Shown: positions 40,820 to 50,319, numbered from the stretch's first letter. The stretch: 64,000 nucleotides of DNA from Candidatus Woesebacteria bacterium (GCA_040006915.1 JBDTWD010000006.1:1897-65896); one strand, 5' to 3'. Made by a program: numbers and translations. Notes: generated by a model from the letters alone, not told the origin.

Positions 40820-41548
40820 ATGAAAAATATACACACCATCACCTCAACCGAATGGCTTACCTACTTTCAAAAGAACACCAGAAACTTGCTTCGTATTCCT
40901 TGGGAGAGTCCATATAAGCTAACTCCGGAGGAAAAAGAGCGAGTGATCGCCTCTGTCCAGCAATTTGAACTCGGGGAGAATGCAGAAGGAAAAACTTTCA
41001 AACGTAAAGCGCTCCCCTTTGCAAAACAACATGACCCTATTTACATGGATGCTTTAGATTTGTTTATCAAAGAGGAACAGCGACACAGTGCGACTCTCAG
41101 GAGATTTTTACAGAAAACCGAACAACCCACTTTAGAGAACCATTGGGTAGATAGTGTCTTTCGTCGTTTACGAAAGCTTTTGGATATTGAAGTTGAAGTG
41201 CTCGTACTACTGACCGCTGAAATCATCGCTATGGTCTACTATGGGCGCTTAAAAGCGGCAACCGATTCACCTGTGCTCCAAACCATCTGTGAACAAATTC
41301 TCTTGGATGAAACCCAACACATTAATTTTCAATCAACTGCCCTCTACAAAATCCGTCGGAATATTTGGTGGATCAGACGACAAGTTTCTCCACTGGTTCA
41401 TGCAACACTTCTCGCTGGAACAGCATGTCTAGTATGGTGGCAACACAACTCGGTGCTTTCGAGTGGAAACTTTTCCTTCCGCAGATTTCTGTATGAAGTC
41501 TATTTAGTGTTTAACAAAAGTCATATGGTTAGTTCTGGAAGAGCGTAG
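40820..41548 (+). CDS. Ferritin-like (diiron) domain protein
   Basis: FELGE, EEQRH, AEIIA..YY, DETQH. Confidence 0.75.
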   Translation: MKNIHTITSTEWLTYFQKNTRNLLRIPWESPYKLTPEEKERVIASVQQFELGENAEGKTFKRKALPFAKQHDPIYMDALDLFIKEEQRHSATLRRFLQKTEQPTLENHWVDSVFRRLRKLLDIEVEVLVLLTAEIIAMVYYGRLKAATDSPVLQTICEQILLDETQHINFQSTALYKIRRNIWWIRRQVSPLVHATLLAGTACLVWWQHNSVLSSGNFSFRRFLYEVYLVFNKSHMVSSGRA

Positions 41549-41587
41549 GACATCTATTTGATTTGGTTTTTGCTATACTTCCCTGAT

Positions 41588-42628
41588 ATGTCTACTGAAG
41601 AAATGTTGGAAGAAGCAAACCTCCGTTTTAGTTCCGATACCAAAAAAGGATATAGCCGAAAGATTCAGGGAGAATCTCATCTATACTTTGATACGACTGG
41701 ACAAAAAATCACCGACGAAAAAGTCATCGAACGAATTAACAGTCTCGCTATCCCTCCTGCTTGGAAAGAGGTGTGGATCTGTCCAAATAAAAATGGATAT
41801 TTGCAAGCCACTGGCTTTGATAGTAAGGGCAGAAAACAATATCGCTATCATCCACTCTGGGTAGAACTCTCCCAACAAAAAAAGTTTGAGCACATGATCC
41901 TATTTGCCCAAACCCTTCCCAAAATCCGTAACCACATCAAGAAAGTAATGGACGAGAGAGGACTCTCACGAGAAAAAGTTCTGGCTACGGTCATTTGGCT
42001 GCTTGAGAACACTTTGATTCGTGTAGGAAACGAAGAATATGAAGAAGAAAATAAATCATACGGATTAACCACCCTAAAGAATCGGCATGTCGATATTACC
42101 AAAAAAGAGGAAATTCACTTTGCCTTCAAAGGCAAAAGTGGTGTGTATCACAATGTGCATGTGAAAAGTAGAAAAGTGGCCAAGATTATTAAACAGTGTC
42201 AGGAGTTACCAGGCCAAGATTTGTTTGAATATAAAGACGAGAACGGTGATATGCAGGTGGTTTCCTCCCAACACGTAAATGACTATTTACGAGAAATCAC
42301 CAATGAAGATATTAGTGCCAAAAATTTTCGCACTTGGGCAGGCACGATGCTTGCTGCCAAGATGCTAACCAAAACCGGACTCCCCGAGACGGACTCAGCT
42401 ACGAAAAAAAACATTACCAAAGTGGTTAAGAAAGTCTCCCAGCATTTACGCAATCTCCCATCTACTTGTAGAAAATACTATATTCACCCCTCGGTTTTTG
42501 ATGCGTATGCACACGGATATACCTTGTCCAATTTACAAACACATAAAAAGTTTCAAACTTTTGAACGAGTGAAGAGTTTAAATGAAACTGAAAATGGCAT
42601 TATCGGATTGTTGTATTTGTTTGAATAA
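41588..42628 (+). CDS. DNA topoisomerase IB (poxvirus-like bacterial type)
   Basis: IPPAW, GRKQYRYH, IRVGNE, FKGKSG, KNFRTW, CRKYYIHP. Confidence 0.92.
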   Translation: MSTEEMLEEANLRFSSDTKKGYSRKIQGESHLYFDTTGQKITDEKVIERINSLAIPPAWKEVWICPNKNGYLQATGFDSKGRKQYRYHPLWVELSQQKKFEHMILFAQTLPKIRNHIKKVMDERGLSREKVLATVIWLLENTLIRVGNEEYEEENKSYGLTTLKNRHVDITKKEEIHFAFKGKSGVYHNVHVKSRKVAKIIKQCQELPGQDLFEYKDENGDMQVVSSQHVNDYLREITNEDISAKNFRTWAGTMLAAKMLTKTGLPETDSATKKNITKVVKKVSQHLRNLPSTCRKYYIHPSVFDAYAHGYTLSNLQTHKKFQTFERVKSLNETENGIIGLLYLFE

Positions 42629-42637
42629 GGGGGAAAC

Positions 42638-43339
42638 CTACTCCGAGCTTTTATATAATTTATAAAAAATCAAGAGGTGCTGGATTAGTAGTACCGTTAT
42701 AAACCACCAAAAACCGGCGATATACCCTGCCACAACATCTGTAAAATAATGGACTCCCAAATAAACCCTACTAAAACCAATCATTCCTACCAGCACTACA
42801 GCAACGATCGACATCAGGATTGTTAGACTTTTTTTATGAAAAAAATGATACGAAAAGTATACAAGCAATGCATAGAAAATAAACGAATTCATCGCATGAC
42901 CGGAAGGGAAACTATATGAGTGTTCGACAACCAACGGAGAAATATTTGGACGTGGTCGTTGATACAAAAGTTTAAATGTATTGTTTAGGATCAATCCCAT
43001 GAGTAAAACTAAACAAAACAATACTGCCTCTATGCGGTGTTTTTTCATTAAAAAGATAACACTCACCAATCCTGCCAACGCTAAACAAATATTATCACCG
43101 AATGAAGAAACAAACTCCATGAACGAGGTCATACTTGGGGTCCTCAGAGAGAATACAAGCATCGATATTTTCATATCGATTTGAGCAAAATCCGTTTCTG
43201 CAATTTCTCGAGCAAAATAGACAAAAAGTAGAAGAGAACATACGCATAACCCTACAGCCAAAATAATCTTACCTGTCGCAATAAATGCTCGAGTTGAGCT
43301 TAATGAAAATGTCGATATCTGTTGTAGAAATGTAAGCAT
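42638..43339 (-). CDS. PAP2-family phosphatase
   Basis: K..RPRP, SFPSGHA, SRVYLGVHY.TDV. Confidence 0.9.
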   Translation of the reverse strand: MLTFLQQISTFSLSSTRAFIATGKIILAVGLCVCSLLLFVYFAREIAETDFAQIDMKISMLVFSLRTPSMTSFMEFVSSFGDNICLALAGLVSVIFLMKKHRIEAVLFCLVLLMGLILNNTFKLLYQRPRPNISPLVVEHSYSFPSGHAMNSFIFYALLVYFSYHFFHKKSLTILMSIVAVVLVGMIGFSRVYLGVHYFTDVVAGYIAGFWWFITVLLIQHLLIFYKLYKSSE

Positions 43340-43360
43340 TTTGGAAACAATGGACCGATA

Positions 43361-44023
43361 TTAATGACAGGAAAATATGTCCGTTGGAATTCCGATGATT
43401 GTCCCGAGATTCCAACCATCGTGACGAGCTAAGAATAAATGTCCACAGACACTGGTCCCACGAGCCCCTCCTAAAGAGATAACTTTTTCATAGTCCGCAA
43501 CTGCTTGTTGTCTGTCAATCTCAAAATAATAATTGTGAATGTCACCTCTATTCATAAGCGCTTGAATATAATTAGGATTTAAAATAATTGCTTGATCTAA
43601 ATCCGGTAAAGCCTGAGCATAGTTTCGCATCCGCATGAAAGTATAGGCTCGATTATTGTAGGCTTGAGGATAATTTGGGTTAAGCGAAATAGCCATCGTA
43701 TAGTCATCAATTGCTTTCCCACAATCTCCTGTATCGTAGTCATAATTCCCCTGAGCAAAATAATCCATTGCGGTTTTTAATTCTGCGGGAGGATACGAAG
43801 TTGTCGCGTGATACGTACCACATTGGAGATCAGGAGCTCGTGATCCTCTATACATCGCCACAACCAGCAAACTTATCAGAATCAATGCGATGACCATCGC
43901 AACTATGAAAGCTTTTTGCTTTGCATCTTTGCGTTTTTTGTCTCGATTCAGATATCGAAATGAGAAGTAATAGGCCAGCTTTGCCATGATAGCAATGAAA
44001 AAAAGAAAGATCAGAAGCTTCAT
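43361..44023 (-). CDS. Membrane-anchored TPR protein
   Basis: Two TM segments then TPR motifs (AI.LNPNY.QAY.NR). Confidence 0.8.
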   Translation of the reverse strand: MKLLIFLFFIAIMAKLAYYFSFRYLNRDKKRKDAKQKAFIVAMVIALILISLLVVAMYRGSRAPDLQCGTYHATTSYPPAELKTAMDYFAQGNYDYDTGDCGKAIDDYTMAISLNPNYPQAYNNRAYTFMRMRNYAQALPDLDQAIILNPNYIQALMNRGDIHNYYFEIDRQQAVADYEKVISLGGARGTSVCGHLFLARHDGWNLGTIIGIPTDIFSCH

Positions 44024-44054
44024 ATCTCTAAATTGTAGCACTCATGAAGATATG

Positions 44055-44513
44055 TCAATCGACCTCGATATCAAAATTATACGCATCAATTTCACTGGTG
44101 CGTAGAGTTCGGTAGAAAGCAATAGCTCCGCTATCAACTTTGTCGGCTTGAACAAAGATCACATACGCTCCACGCTCTCTGGCAATGTTTTTTAAGGTCT
44201 CAAAGAGTTTGGTCGCCACACCTCGGCGCTGATAGGCAGCCGAAACGGCTAGATCATAGACGTAGAGCTCACGACGTTTCTGCTCAAACTTTTGGAGCTC
44301 ATAGGCCACCAAACCACCGATAACCTGTCCTTCCTCGTTTTCAGCCACCAAAACCAGATGTGAGGTATCACGAAGAAAATCTTCAAGATACTTTTCATCA
44401 GGAACGGCACCCTGATATGAAGATTCATCCTCAAAGACCTGAGCGAATAATTTGAGCAGATCATGAAAAAGTCGAATATCCTGTGGTGCGAGTTGTGTAT
44501 ATGTATAGTTCAT
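44055..44513 (-). CDS. GNAT acetyltransferase, AAC(3)-I-like
   Basis: GGLVAYEL.KFEQ.R.E.YVYDLAV..QRRGVAT, GAYVIFVQAD. Confidence 0.8.
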   Translation of the reverse strand: MNYTYTQLAPQDIRLFHDLLKLFAQVFEDESSYQGAVPDEKYLEDFLRDTSHLVLVAENEEGQVIGGLVAYELQKFEQKRRELYVYDLAVSAAYQRRGVATKLFETLKNIARERGAYVIFVQADKVDSGAIAFYRTLRTSEIDAYNFDIEVD

Positions 44514-44514
44514 C

Positions 44515-44751
44515 TTATTCTTTCCGTAACTCGCTTAAAGTATAGTCCCACTCCTCAAGTTTTTCTTTCAGAGCGGTTCTGGTATCATCGATCGCTTTGT
44601 TGTAGATGCTTGGGCCAATGTTTTGAAGGCAAAAATCCAAGATGTCATTAGCGGCAATGACTCCAACTTCTTCATTCCGTTCATCCAAAAAATATGCCGT
44701 TATCTCTTTGAGGGCTTTTTCTCTATCTTCTTTGGAAAGGAGGTCGTTCAT
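44515..44751 (-). CDS. DUF2164 protein
   Basis: YF.DER.EEVG..AA..ILDF..IGP.IYNKAI.D. Confidence 0.8.
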   Translation of the reverse strand: MNDLLSKEDREKALKEITAYFLDERNEEVGVIAANDILDFCLQNIGPSIYNKAIDDTRTALKEKLEEWDYTLSELRKE

Positions 44752-44808
44752 AAAAGGAATAGTAAATACCTTAGGGTGAATATGGAATATCTTTTTGTTC
44801 ACTAAATA

Positions 44809-45222
44809 CTAAGCCTTTTTCCCTGTAATGTTGACCAACCAGTGAATGCCGACCTTATCAGTCAACATACCGAAGGTATCACCCCATGGAGCTTGTACGA
44901 GTGGTTGTTCAATAGTGGCTCCAACTGATAGTTTCTCCCAGTATCCTTTAAGTAAGGACTCATCATCTCCACTTAAAGACATACTCACATTTGTTCCCGG
45001 CTTATACTCCATGTGGTTTGGAGTATCCGAAGCCATAAATACAATATCGTTGTCTCCCGTAAGCATTGCATGCATGATTTTATTCTCTTCACTAGGATCA
45101 ACAGGAGCACCACCGTCTTTAAAGGTGGACAGATCAAGTTTGCCACCAAAGACAGTTTTATAAAATTCCATTGCTTCACGGGCGTTGTCTTTAAAGTTAA
45201 TGTATGGGTTTAATCGTGTCAT
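44809..45222 (-). CDS. VOC protein, PhnB-like
   Basis: LNPYINF..NAREAMEFY, WG..FGMLTDK.GI.W. Confidence 0.88.
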   Translation of the reverse strand: MTRLNPYINFKDNAREAMEFYKTVFGGKLDLSTFKDGGAPVDPSEENKIMHAMLTGDNDIVFMASDTPNHMEYKPGTNVSMSLSGDDESLLKGYWEKLSVGATIEQPLVQAPWGDTFGMLTDKVGIHWLVNITGKKA

Positions 45223-45432
45223 ATAGTTCCCTTTCAAGGTATCTGGTATGAGACTAGTATAACAAAAGGTTAAAAAACATTCACGTCATTAGGTTTCACT
45301 GCCAGCTGTCGACCAGAGAAAAGTTGGTTCAAAATCTAAACCTGAATAAATCATATTTCCAGAGCAGATATATCATCTTACAATTTTGAAGCTCAACACC
45401 GTTCCGAAACACTGTATTACGATATTTATATA

Positions 45433-45461
45433 TTGACAAACGATAAATAATAGGATAATAT
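45433..45461 (+). promoter_or_regulatory. Sigma70 promoter of the DUF2975-HTH pair
   Basis: TTGACA-17nt-TAATAT. Confidence 0.6.
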
Positions 45462-45493
45462 ATAGAAATCACTCTATAAATGAGGGTCTTTAT

Positions 45494-45970
45494 ATGAAAC
45501 GTGGTTCAACAATATTCTTAAAGACAGTGCTCTGTCTTATCGCTGTCGGCACACTAGCTGGGATGCTCTGGTTTCCTCAAACTGAAGGAAGAGCTGCAAA
45601 CCTAGATCTCATCAGTATTTATGCTGACCCGATTATTATCTATATGTATATTGCTTCAATTCCATTTTTTGTTGGATTATATCAAGCATTCAAATTATTA
45701 AACTTCATTGATGCTAATAAAGCCTTTTCCCAAGGGGCCGTCAATACACTTAGGAATATGAAACTTGCTTCTCTTGTTCTTATCGGTTTTATTGTATTAG
45801 GACTGTTTTACATCCGTTTCTTTGCGCATGGTGACGACCCAGCAGGCCCAACAATGCTCGGATTTATTGTATCTTTCGCGGTCGCTGTTATTGCAACAGC
45901 AGCTGCTGTTTTTGAAAAACTTTTCCAAAATGCCGTCGATATGAAATCAGAAAACGACTTAACAGTCTAA
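45494..45970 (+). CDS. DUF2975 membrane protein (YoaS-like)
   Basis: STIFLK..., KSENDLTV C-terminus. Confidence 0.88.
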   Translation: MKRGSTIFLKTVLCLIAVGTLAGMLWFPQTEGRAANLDLISIYADPIIIYMYIASIPFFVGLYQAFKLLNFIDANKAFSQGAVNTLRNMKLASLVLIGFIVLGLFYIRFFAHGDDPAGPTMLGFIVSFAVAVIATAAAVFEKLFQNAVDMKSENDLTV

Positions 45971-45979
45971 AGGAATTAT

Positions 45980-46180
45980 ATGGCAATCGTAATCAACATC
46001 GATGTGATGCTCGCCAAACGGAAAATGAGCGTCACCGAACTTACCGAAAAGGTTGGCATTACTATGGCAAATCTTTCTATCTTAAAAAATGGAAAGGCAA
46101 AAGCCATTCGTTTCTCAACCTTAGAGGCGATTTGTAAAGCTTTAGCTTGTCAGCCTGGAGATATTTTGGAATATAAATAA
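45980..46180 (+). CDS. Cro/C1 HTH regulator (YozG-like)
   Basis: NLSILKNGKAKAIRFSTL..IC.AL.CQPGDILEY. Confidence 0.92.
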   Translation: MAIVINIDVMLAKRKMSVTELTEKVGITMANLSILKNGKAKAIRFSTLEAICKALACQPGDILEYK

Positions 46181-46253
46181 TTCTATTCATTTTTTTAAGA
46201 ACCTGTTTTATTTCCCTCTACAATGATAAGATTTTCTAAAGGAGATAAGAAAT

Positions 46254-46490
46254 ATGAAAACAATGACATGTAAACAAATGGGTGGACCGTGCGACGTTGC
46301 AATGCATGGAAATACTGCCGATGACGTAATAAAGGCTGGAGAGCAACATATTAACGAGATGGTAGCCAAGGGAGATGAGTCTCATCAGACAGCGGCCCAA
46401 AGAATGGCAGATATGCGTCAAAATCCGGCATCAGGTATGGAATGGTATCAAAAGACACAAGCTGATTTTGCCGCCCTTCCAGAAGACTGA
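46254..46490 (+). CDS. DUF1059-like small protein
   Basis: MTCKQMGGPCD..H; SD AAGGAG. Confidence 0.75.
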   Translation: MKTMTCKQMGGPCDVAMHGNTADDVIKAGEQHINEMVAKGDESHQTAAQRMADMRQNPASGMEWYQKTQADFAALPED

Positions 46491-46494
46491 ACTA

Positions 46495-47061
46495 TCAGGA
46501 AGATTCTTCTTTCGCTATTTTATTCAGTATATTTAGCAATTTAGTTGTCGTATTCCAATTGCGGATCGTCATGGAATTATACATTGGTGTGCCAACGATT
46601 TTACCTAATCGGCTTTTGGTACGCAAAGAACCGAGCCTCTGGGAGTAGATGACTCCATTCCCTGGCCAAACTTTGTCGACTCCTTCTCGGGGATCAAAAA
46701 CTGACATAGCTTGAGCAGAATCAATATCCATGAGAAAAATGGTATCGCTGTAATATTTTTCTGGCTGATTCCCAAAGCCTTTCGGTCGTTTATCGACAAT
46801 GGCTTGGAGCTGTTTGGTCGTCAAGGTTAATACTTTGATGATCGAGCTATCCAGCTTAAACCTTTTTGGCAAACTTCTTTCAATCTGTTGACTTACTGTT
46901 TTTGCATCAAGTTTTGATTGCACGATCACGTTTCCGCTTTGAATATAGGTCAGAACATTCACAAAACCCTGTTCTTCCAAGAACAGCTTAAGCTGCGCCA
47001 TTGGCATTTTATTTTTACCACCAACATTTATGCCACGTAGAAGTATCAAATAAGTATTCAT
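46495..47061 (-). CDS. DUF1697 protein
   Basis: LLRGINVGG.N, TYIQSGN, TIRNWNT. Confidence 0.9.
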   Translation of the reverse strand: MNTYLILLRGINVGGKNKMPMAQLKLFLEEQGFVNVLTYIQSGNVIVQSKLDAKTVSQQIERSLPKRFKLDSSIIKVLTLTTKQLQAIVDKRPKGFGNQPEKYYSDTIFLMDIDSAQAMSVFDPREGVDKVWPGNGVIYSQRLGSLRTKSRLGKIVGTPMYNSMTIRNWNTTTKLLNILNKIAKEESS

Positions 47062-47139
47062 TTCTTTCCATTATACTTGAAAAAATTGCAAGAAAAAGAA
47101 TTTCAGAAATCCTAGCGCAATTCTGTTCTCTCTGAAACC

Positions 47140-47622
47140 CTAGCCAGCAAATGCCTTTTCTAGGTCAGAAATAATCAACTTTTTCATAGGCATGAAAACT
47201 TCAAAAACTCGTTTGCGTTGCTCCTCAGATCCCTTTAACATTTCTGCTAGAACTTTGGGAACAATTTGCCAAGACAAACCATATTTATCTTGTAGCCAAC
47301 CACATTGTTCAGATGCTGGAACCGCTGATAATTTTCCCCAATAGTAGTCAATCTCTTCTTGATCTTTACACTCTACCGAAAAGGAAATTGAGGGGTTGAA
47401 ACTAAATTCTGGTCCAGCGTTGATCGCAATAAAGCGTGTGCCTAAAAGTTCAAAATCAATTGTCAGTAGATCACCTTTTTTATGACCAGTAACTTCTGGA
47501 GATACATCACTATAATAATCTTTACTTAAGATTTTGGCGTCTTTAAAAACAGACAGATAGAAATCAATTGCTTCTTGAGCATTATTGTTGAACCAAAGAT
47601 TAGGGGTAATTTGCTGTGACAT
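47140..47622 (-). CDS. VOC protein (3-dmu-9_3-mt-like)
   Basis: ITPNLWF, CKDQEEIDYYW, CGWLQDKYGLSWQIVP. Confidence 0.9.
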   Translation of the reverse strand: MSQQITPNLWFNNNAQEAIDFYLSVFKDAKILSKDYYSDVSPEVTGHKKGDLLTIDFELLGTRFIAINAGPEFSFNPSISFSVECKDQEEIDYYWGKLSAVPASEQCGWLQDKYGLSWQIVPKVLAEMLKGSEEQRKRVFEVFMPMKKLIISDLEKAFAG

Positions 47623-47783
47623 ATTTTTACATTATCCTTCCTGAATACTATAGTATTACATCATAAATAAATATGTTGTTTGAAATGAATATACTTTACT
47701 ATAAAGCTCCCAGTACTAAACAACTTTAAATATTTGGTATGGAATTGATGTGAAAATCTAACTCAAATCAGAAATAGTTACTA

Positions 47784-48104
47784 CTACTCGGCATGAGAGT
47801 TTTTCCGTCGTTTGTTGAGCACTGCTTGAACCGAAGGACTGATTGGCTTATCTGTGCGATGAATACAGCCCAACCAGCAACATGGCCGGCGTTTCCCCTC
47901 TTTAAGTTCCTTGATCAGCCTCTCGCTATGCTCCTTTCTCGTTTCCGCTTTCTTGACGAACGTGACCCAGCAAATCCATTCATTGCGCGCCAAAGGCGTC
48001 AGATCCTCCCAAGCTGCATGGGCTTTCGGGTCAGCTGTTAAAGCTTCCCGCACATCCGTCGGAACTTTATGCACCACTCCGCTTGAAATGACTGTATTGG
48101 CCAT
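47784..48104 (-). CDS. YdeI/OmpD-associated family protein
   Basis: VP.D..AL, LTPLARNEWICW, RRPCCW.GC.HR. Confidence 0.85.
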   Translation of the reverse strand: MANTVISSGVVHKVPTDVREALTADPKAHAAWEDLTPLARNEWICWVTFVKKAETRKEHSERLIKELKEGKRRPCCWLGCIHRTDKPISPSVQAVLNKRRKNSHAE

Positions 48105-48108
48105 ATAC

Positions 48109-48459
48109 TTATTTCCTCAGAATCTTCTCCATAGCTTTTCCTTTTGCTAACTCATCGATCAGTTTATCTAAATAACGAATTTCTCGCATCGTGGGCTCGG
48201 TGATATCTTCTACTCTAACACCACAAATTACCCCTGTAATCAGAGTCCTGGAGGGGTTCAGCCGAGGAGCTTTCGCAAAGAAGGTTTCAAAGTCTGTCTG
48301 TTTTTCTAGTTGTACTTCAAATTCTTTTTGCGTAAATCCCGTTAACCAACATATTATCTCATCGACTTCCTTTTGGGTTCGTCCTTTTTTCTCGGCTTTC
48401 GCGACATAATACGGGTAGACACTTGCAACGCTCGCGGTATAAATTCGATGTTTGAGCAT
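48109..48459 (-). CDS. DUF2200 protein
   Basis: [40 protein letters not shown]. Confidence 0.92.
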   Translation of the reverse strand: MLKHRIYTASVASVYPYYVAKAEKKGRTQKEVDEIICWLTGFTQKEFEVQLEKQTDFETFFAKAPRLNPSRTLITGVICGVRVEDITEPTMREIRYLDKLIDELAKGKAMEKILRK

Positions 48460-48490
48460 GCTGAAATTGTAGCAGAAGTCAGGACTTGTT

Positions 48491-48919
48491 TTAGCTATTC
48501 TTCTTTTTCATGTACTGAAACGAAGTCTGTATGAGTTTTTCTAAAACCGTTTGGTCTACGTCAGAAAGTTTGTTGATATACAAACATCCACCCATACCAC
48601 TACTTGTTGTATGCTTACCCAATTTTTCTAGCAGGACAGTACTGTCATTATTACCGTGCATAATATAGAGTGTAAGATTTTGTTTTCGTGGAGAGAATCC
48701 CACTAGAAACCAATCTCCTTCCTGTGCACTTTTTTCTGATTTATAATGATATTTCCCAAAGCCCACGATACTTGTTCCCCACATCACTGGCCTTTCTCCT
48801 GTAACTTTCTTAAACATCTCCAGAAGAGCTAAGCCGTCCTTCTTTTTTTCCTCTGGTTTAATAGTATCGAGAAAATCTTTAGGATTTTGGTTTGTAATGA
48901 GTGTTTTTGGTGCTGCCAT
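48491..48919 (-). CDS. DUF1801 protein
   Basis: [30 protein letters not shown]. Confidence 0.88.
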   Translation of the reverse strand: MAAPKTLITNQNPKDFLDTIKPEEKKKDGLALLEMFKKVTGERPVMWGTSIVGFGKYHYKSEKSAQEGDWFLVGFSPRKQNLTLYIMHGNNDSTVLLEKLGKHTTSSGMGGCLYINKLSDVDQTVLEKLIQTSFQYMKKKNS

Positions 48920-48992
48920 AGAGAAATTATATCAGATTTGATATTTATCTTGGAAATGACTGATTATCAAAAACTATTCCGTCGAGTAGTTA

Positions 48993-49205
48993 TCATTTAG
49001 ACTCTTCTTCATGCATTTTATGAATAAAGTTCACTCTATGTTTTTTGGTTAATAGTTTAATTGCGTATGTTTCCAGCTCCTGATTAGATGATGTTACTTT
49101 AAATGCATTTTCCCAATAGTTCACTTCAAGATCAATGGTATTCCCTTGCTCGTCAACTGCGATATAGCTTGCCTTGTTTAAGTAAAACTGTGTAATTCTG
49201 TTCAT
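48993..49205 (-). CDS. Hypothetical 70-aa protein downstream of attenuator
   Basis: SD AAGGA before ATG; open frame. Confidence 0.65.
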   Translation of the reverse strand: MNRITQFYLNKASYIAVDEQGNTIDLEVNYWENAFKVTSSNQELETYAIKLLTKKHRVNFIHKMHEEESK

Positions 49206-49224
49206 ATTGTTTCCTTATAGAAAT

Positions 49225-49246
49225 AAAAAAGCCCCCGGTTGGGAGC
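49225..49246 (-). terminator. Intrinsic terminator (attenuator 3:4 stem)
   Basis: GCTCCC-AACC-GGGGGC-TTTTTT on minus strand. Confidence 0.8.
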
Positions 49247-49273
49247 CTATTCAAAATACAAAAAATGCTCCCG

Positions 49274-49321
49274 TTAAGTAAAGGAGCTGCAACAAGTATT
49301 CTTTTGGATGTTGAATTTCAT
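49274..49321 (-). CDS. Putative leader peptide MKFNIQKNTCCSSFT
   Basis: TATCAT -10 six nt before ATG; tandem Cys codons; overlaps attenuator segment 1. Confidence 0.65.
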   Translation of the reverse strand: MKFNIQKNTCCSSFT

Positions 49322-49496
49322 GGCACTATGATATCCCTAATGTTAGAAACAAACAACAACAAAGTAGGTGAAGTATTAAAAAGAGGTCTGAGCATAAACT
49401 GCACCACCTAATAGAAAATGTCAGAACCTATTTATTACCTCAGGAATTAGGTTTCCTTGAAGATTTTGGACTGGGAACAATGTTTGAAAGACTATT

Positions 49497-49925
49497 TCAT
49501 TTCGCAGGCGAAAATTCAATGATCCACTCAATACCGTATTTATCTCGAAACATACCCGCATATGAGCCCCATGGACTGTCTCCTGTAGATCCTTCAACTT
49601 CTCCTCCAGCCGAAAGGCCAGAGAATAATCTATCCACCTCTTCTTTACTTTCTGTACTTACCAAAATTTTGCTTCGATTTTCATGTTCATTTACTCGCCC
49701 CAAAACTTCCGGAACATCATTGGCGATCAGCATAGTGCTGTTACCAATTGGTAAAGCAATATACATTATTTTATTTTCTTCTTTTTCTGGCACGGGAAAT
49801 TCATCGGTTGCGATATCTTTGAAACGCACCACTTTCGCAAAATCTCCACCAAAAACAGATTTATAAAACGTAAATGCCTCTTGCGCATTACCGTTGAAGT
49901 TAATCCAAGTATTTATTGTAGCCAT
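49497..49925 (-). CDS. VOC protein, PhnB-like
   Basis: INFNGNA.EAF.FYKSVFGG, WG..GMFRDKYGIEW. Confidence 0.88.
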   Translation of the reverse strand: MATINTWINFNGNAQEAFTFYKSVFGGDFAKVVRFKDIATDEFPVPEKEENKIMYIALPIGNSTMLIANDVPEVLGRVNEHENRSKILVSTESKEEVDRLFSGLSAGGEVEGSTGDSPWGSYAGMFRDKYGIEWIIEFSPAK

Positions 49926-49951
49926 ACAGTAAGTATAACGAATTTATGTAT

Positions 49952-50143
49952 TTAGTACGCTTTTGTCGCGCCGTTTTTTAATGCTTTTTCAGCATTGTCT
50001 TTAGACATCATTGCACAGACAACGGTTCCGCACTTCTCATGCTTCCCTTTGGCCATGAAACCACCTTTTTTAGTTTGGTGAATCTCTGGTGCTGACAATT
50101 CAACGCCTTTTTCCTTACATTTAACGCAATATCCTGTAACCAT
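49952..50143 (-). CDS. DUF5679-like zinc-ribbon protein
   Basis: GYCVKCK..KG...KCGT. Confidence 0.75.
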   Translation of the reverse strand: MVTGYCVKCKEKGVELSAPEIHQTKKGGFMAKGKHEKCGTVVCAMMSKDNAEKALKNGATKAY

Positions 50144-50319
50144 ATCTGTCTCCCTTTAAATTAATTGTAAATTATAGATCTTGTTGCATTATACCGCATT
50201 TTAGGGTGATCCATACCTTAAAGGTAAGAAAGTACGAACTTGTAAACAATTACAGGAGCTTTCACCTCTAGCAACTTCGGAACATTCCGCAAAAAACCCA
50301 TGACTGTGGTTTGTATCTG

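Noticed and set aside
28240-50143. Integron cassette array
   Set aside because: No integrase and no recurring attC-like (RYYYAAC...GTTRRRY) elements found by eye; gaps are mostly short and contain promoters.
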